From assembly GCF_018350175.1 (NCBI RefSeq), contig NC_058368.1, positions 26,228,001 through 26,292,000 on the forward strand: 64,000 bases of DNA, read 5' to 3'. This document shows positions 63,642-64,000 of the stretch, piece by piece. This stretch comes from Felis catus (lineage: Eukaryota). A model generated the notes under the pieces. That model saw nothing but the letters and a program-made list of their open reading frames with translations. It did no database searches and was not told where the DNA came from. Each line of letters opens with the position of its first letter. Position 1 is the first letter of the stretch. A program made the position numbers and the translations under genes.

Positions 63642-64000
63642 TTTAAAAATTCTCTCTCAATACTCAATTTAGAAGTCTTTAGTTGCTTCCTCTTGTCCTA
63701 GCTGACTACTTACTCATGCTTTTAATAATTTTACTTCATCCTAGCTCCTTGCTCTTATGTACTCTCTTTACCTGAAATTCCCACTTCACTCTTCCCCTGA
63801 AACTTACCTCTCCTGGGATCACGTTTTAAGTTATGCCTGATTAGATGTGAACTGCTTTTGGAAACTCAAGATAGGTGTTGTTTGTTGGTTTGTTTTTTTG
63901 GTGACAGTTTTAAAAAAAAACTGCCACTCATCCACACCCTGCCTTATTCATTTCTTGAGTCCAGGGGCAGAGTGGTTATAAGAAAGGACCTGAGCTGCGC

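Noticed and set aside
1..64000. Prokaryotic-type systems (CRISPR, operons, defence islands) or a nested intact gene or processed pseudogene
   Set aside because: The sequence is mammalian exon plus intron; I found no repeat-spacer array and no long ORF or recognisable retrocopy outside exon 1.

Overview
This is mammalian (carnivore, most likely cat-family) genomic DNA, not prokaryotic. The window holds the GC-rich 5' end and the very large first coding exon (ATG 652 to donor 3533/3534) of the long isoform of TSC22D1 on the + strand, followed by about 60 kb of intron 1. The TSC-box/leucine-zipper exons lie beyond the window. The intron is mostly Can-SINEs (the felid-type copies support the taxon call), antisense L1 fragments, ancient L2/MIR and one MER44-like Tigger MITE. 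The most interesting part is a repeat-free block at about 32.5-35.8 kb that reads like an alternative terminal-exon module: three tandem splice acceptors in two frames, a donor, a second exon and a 3'UTR ending in AATAAA. It would give long TSC22D1 proteins that keep the RFxV/NRBP1-binding motifs but lack the TSC box. I recall one of these peptide tails from a human isoform annotation (unverified), so it is probably under-studied rather than wholly new. I see no CRISPR array, RNA gene or new multi-gene system. Repeat boundaries and family names were read by eye and are approximate.
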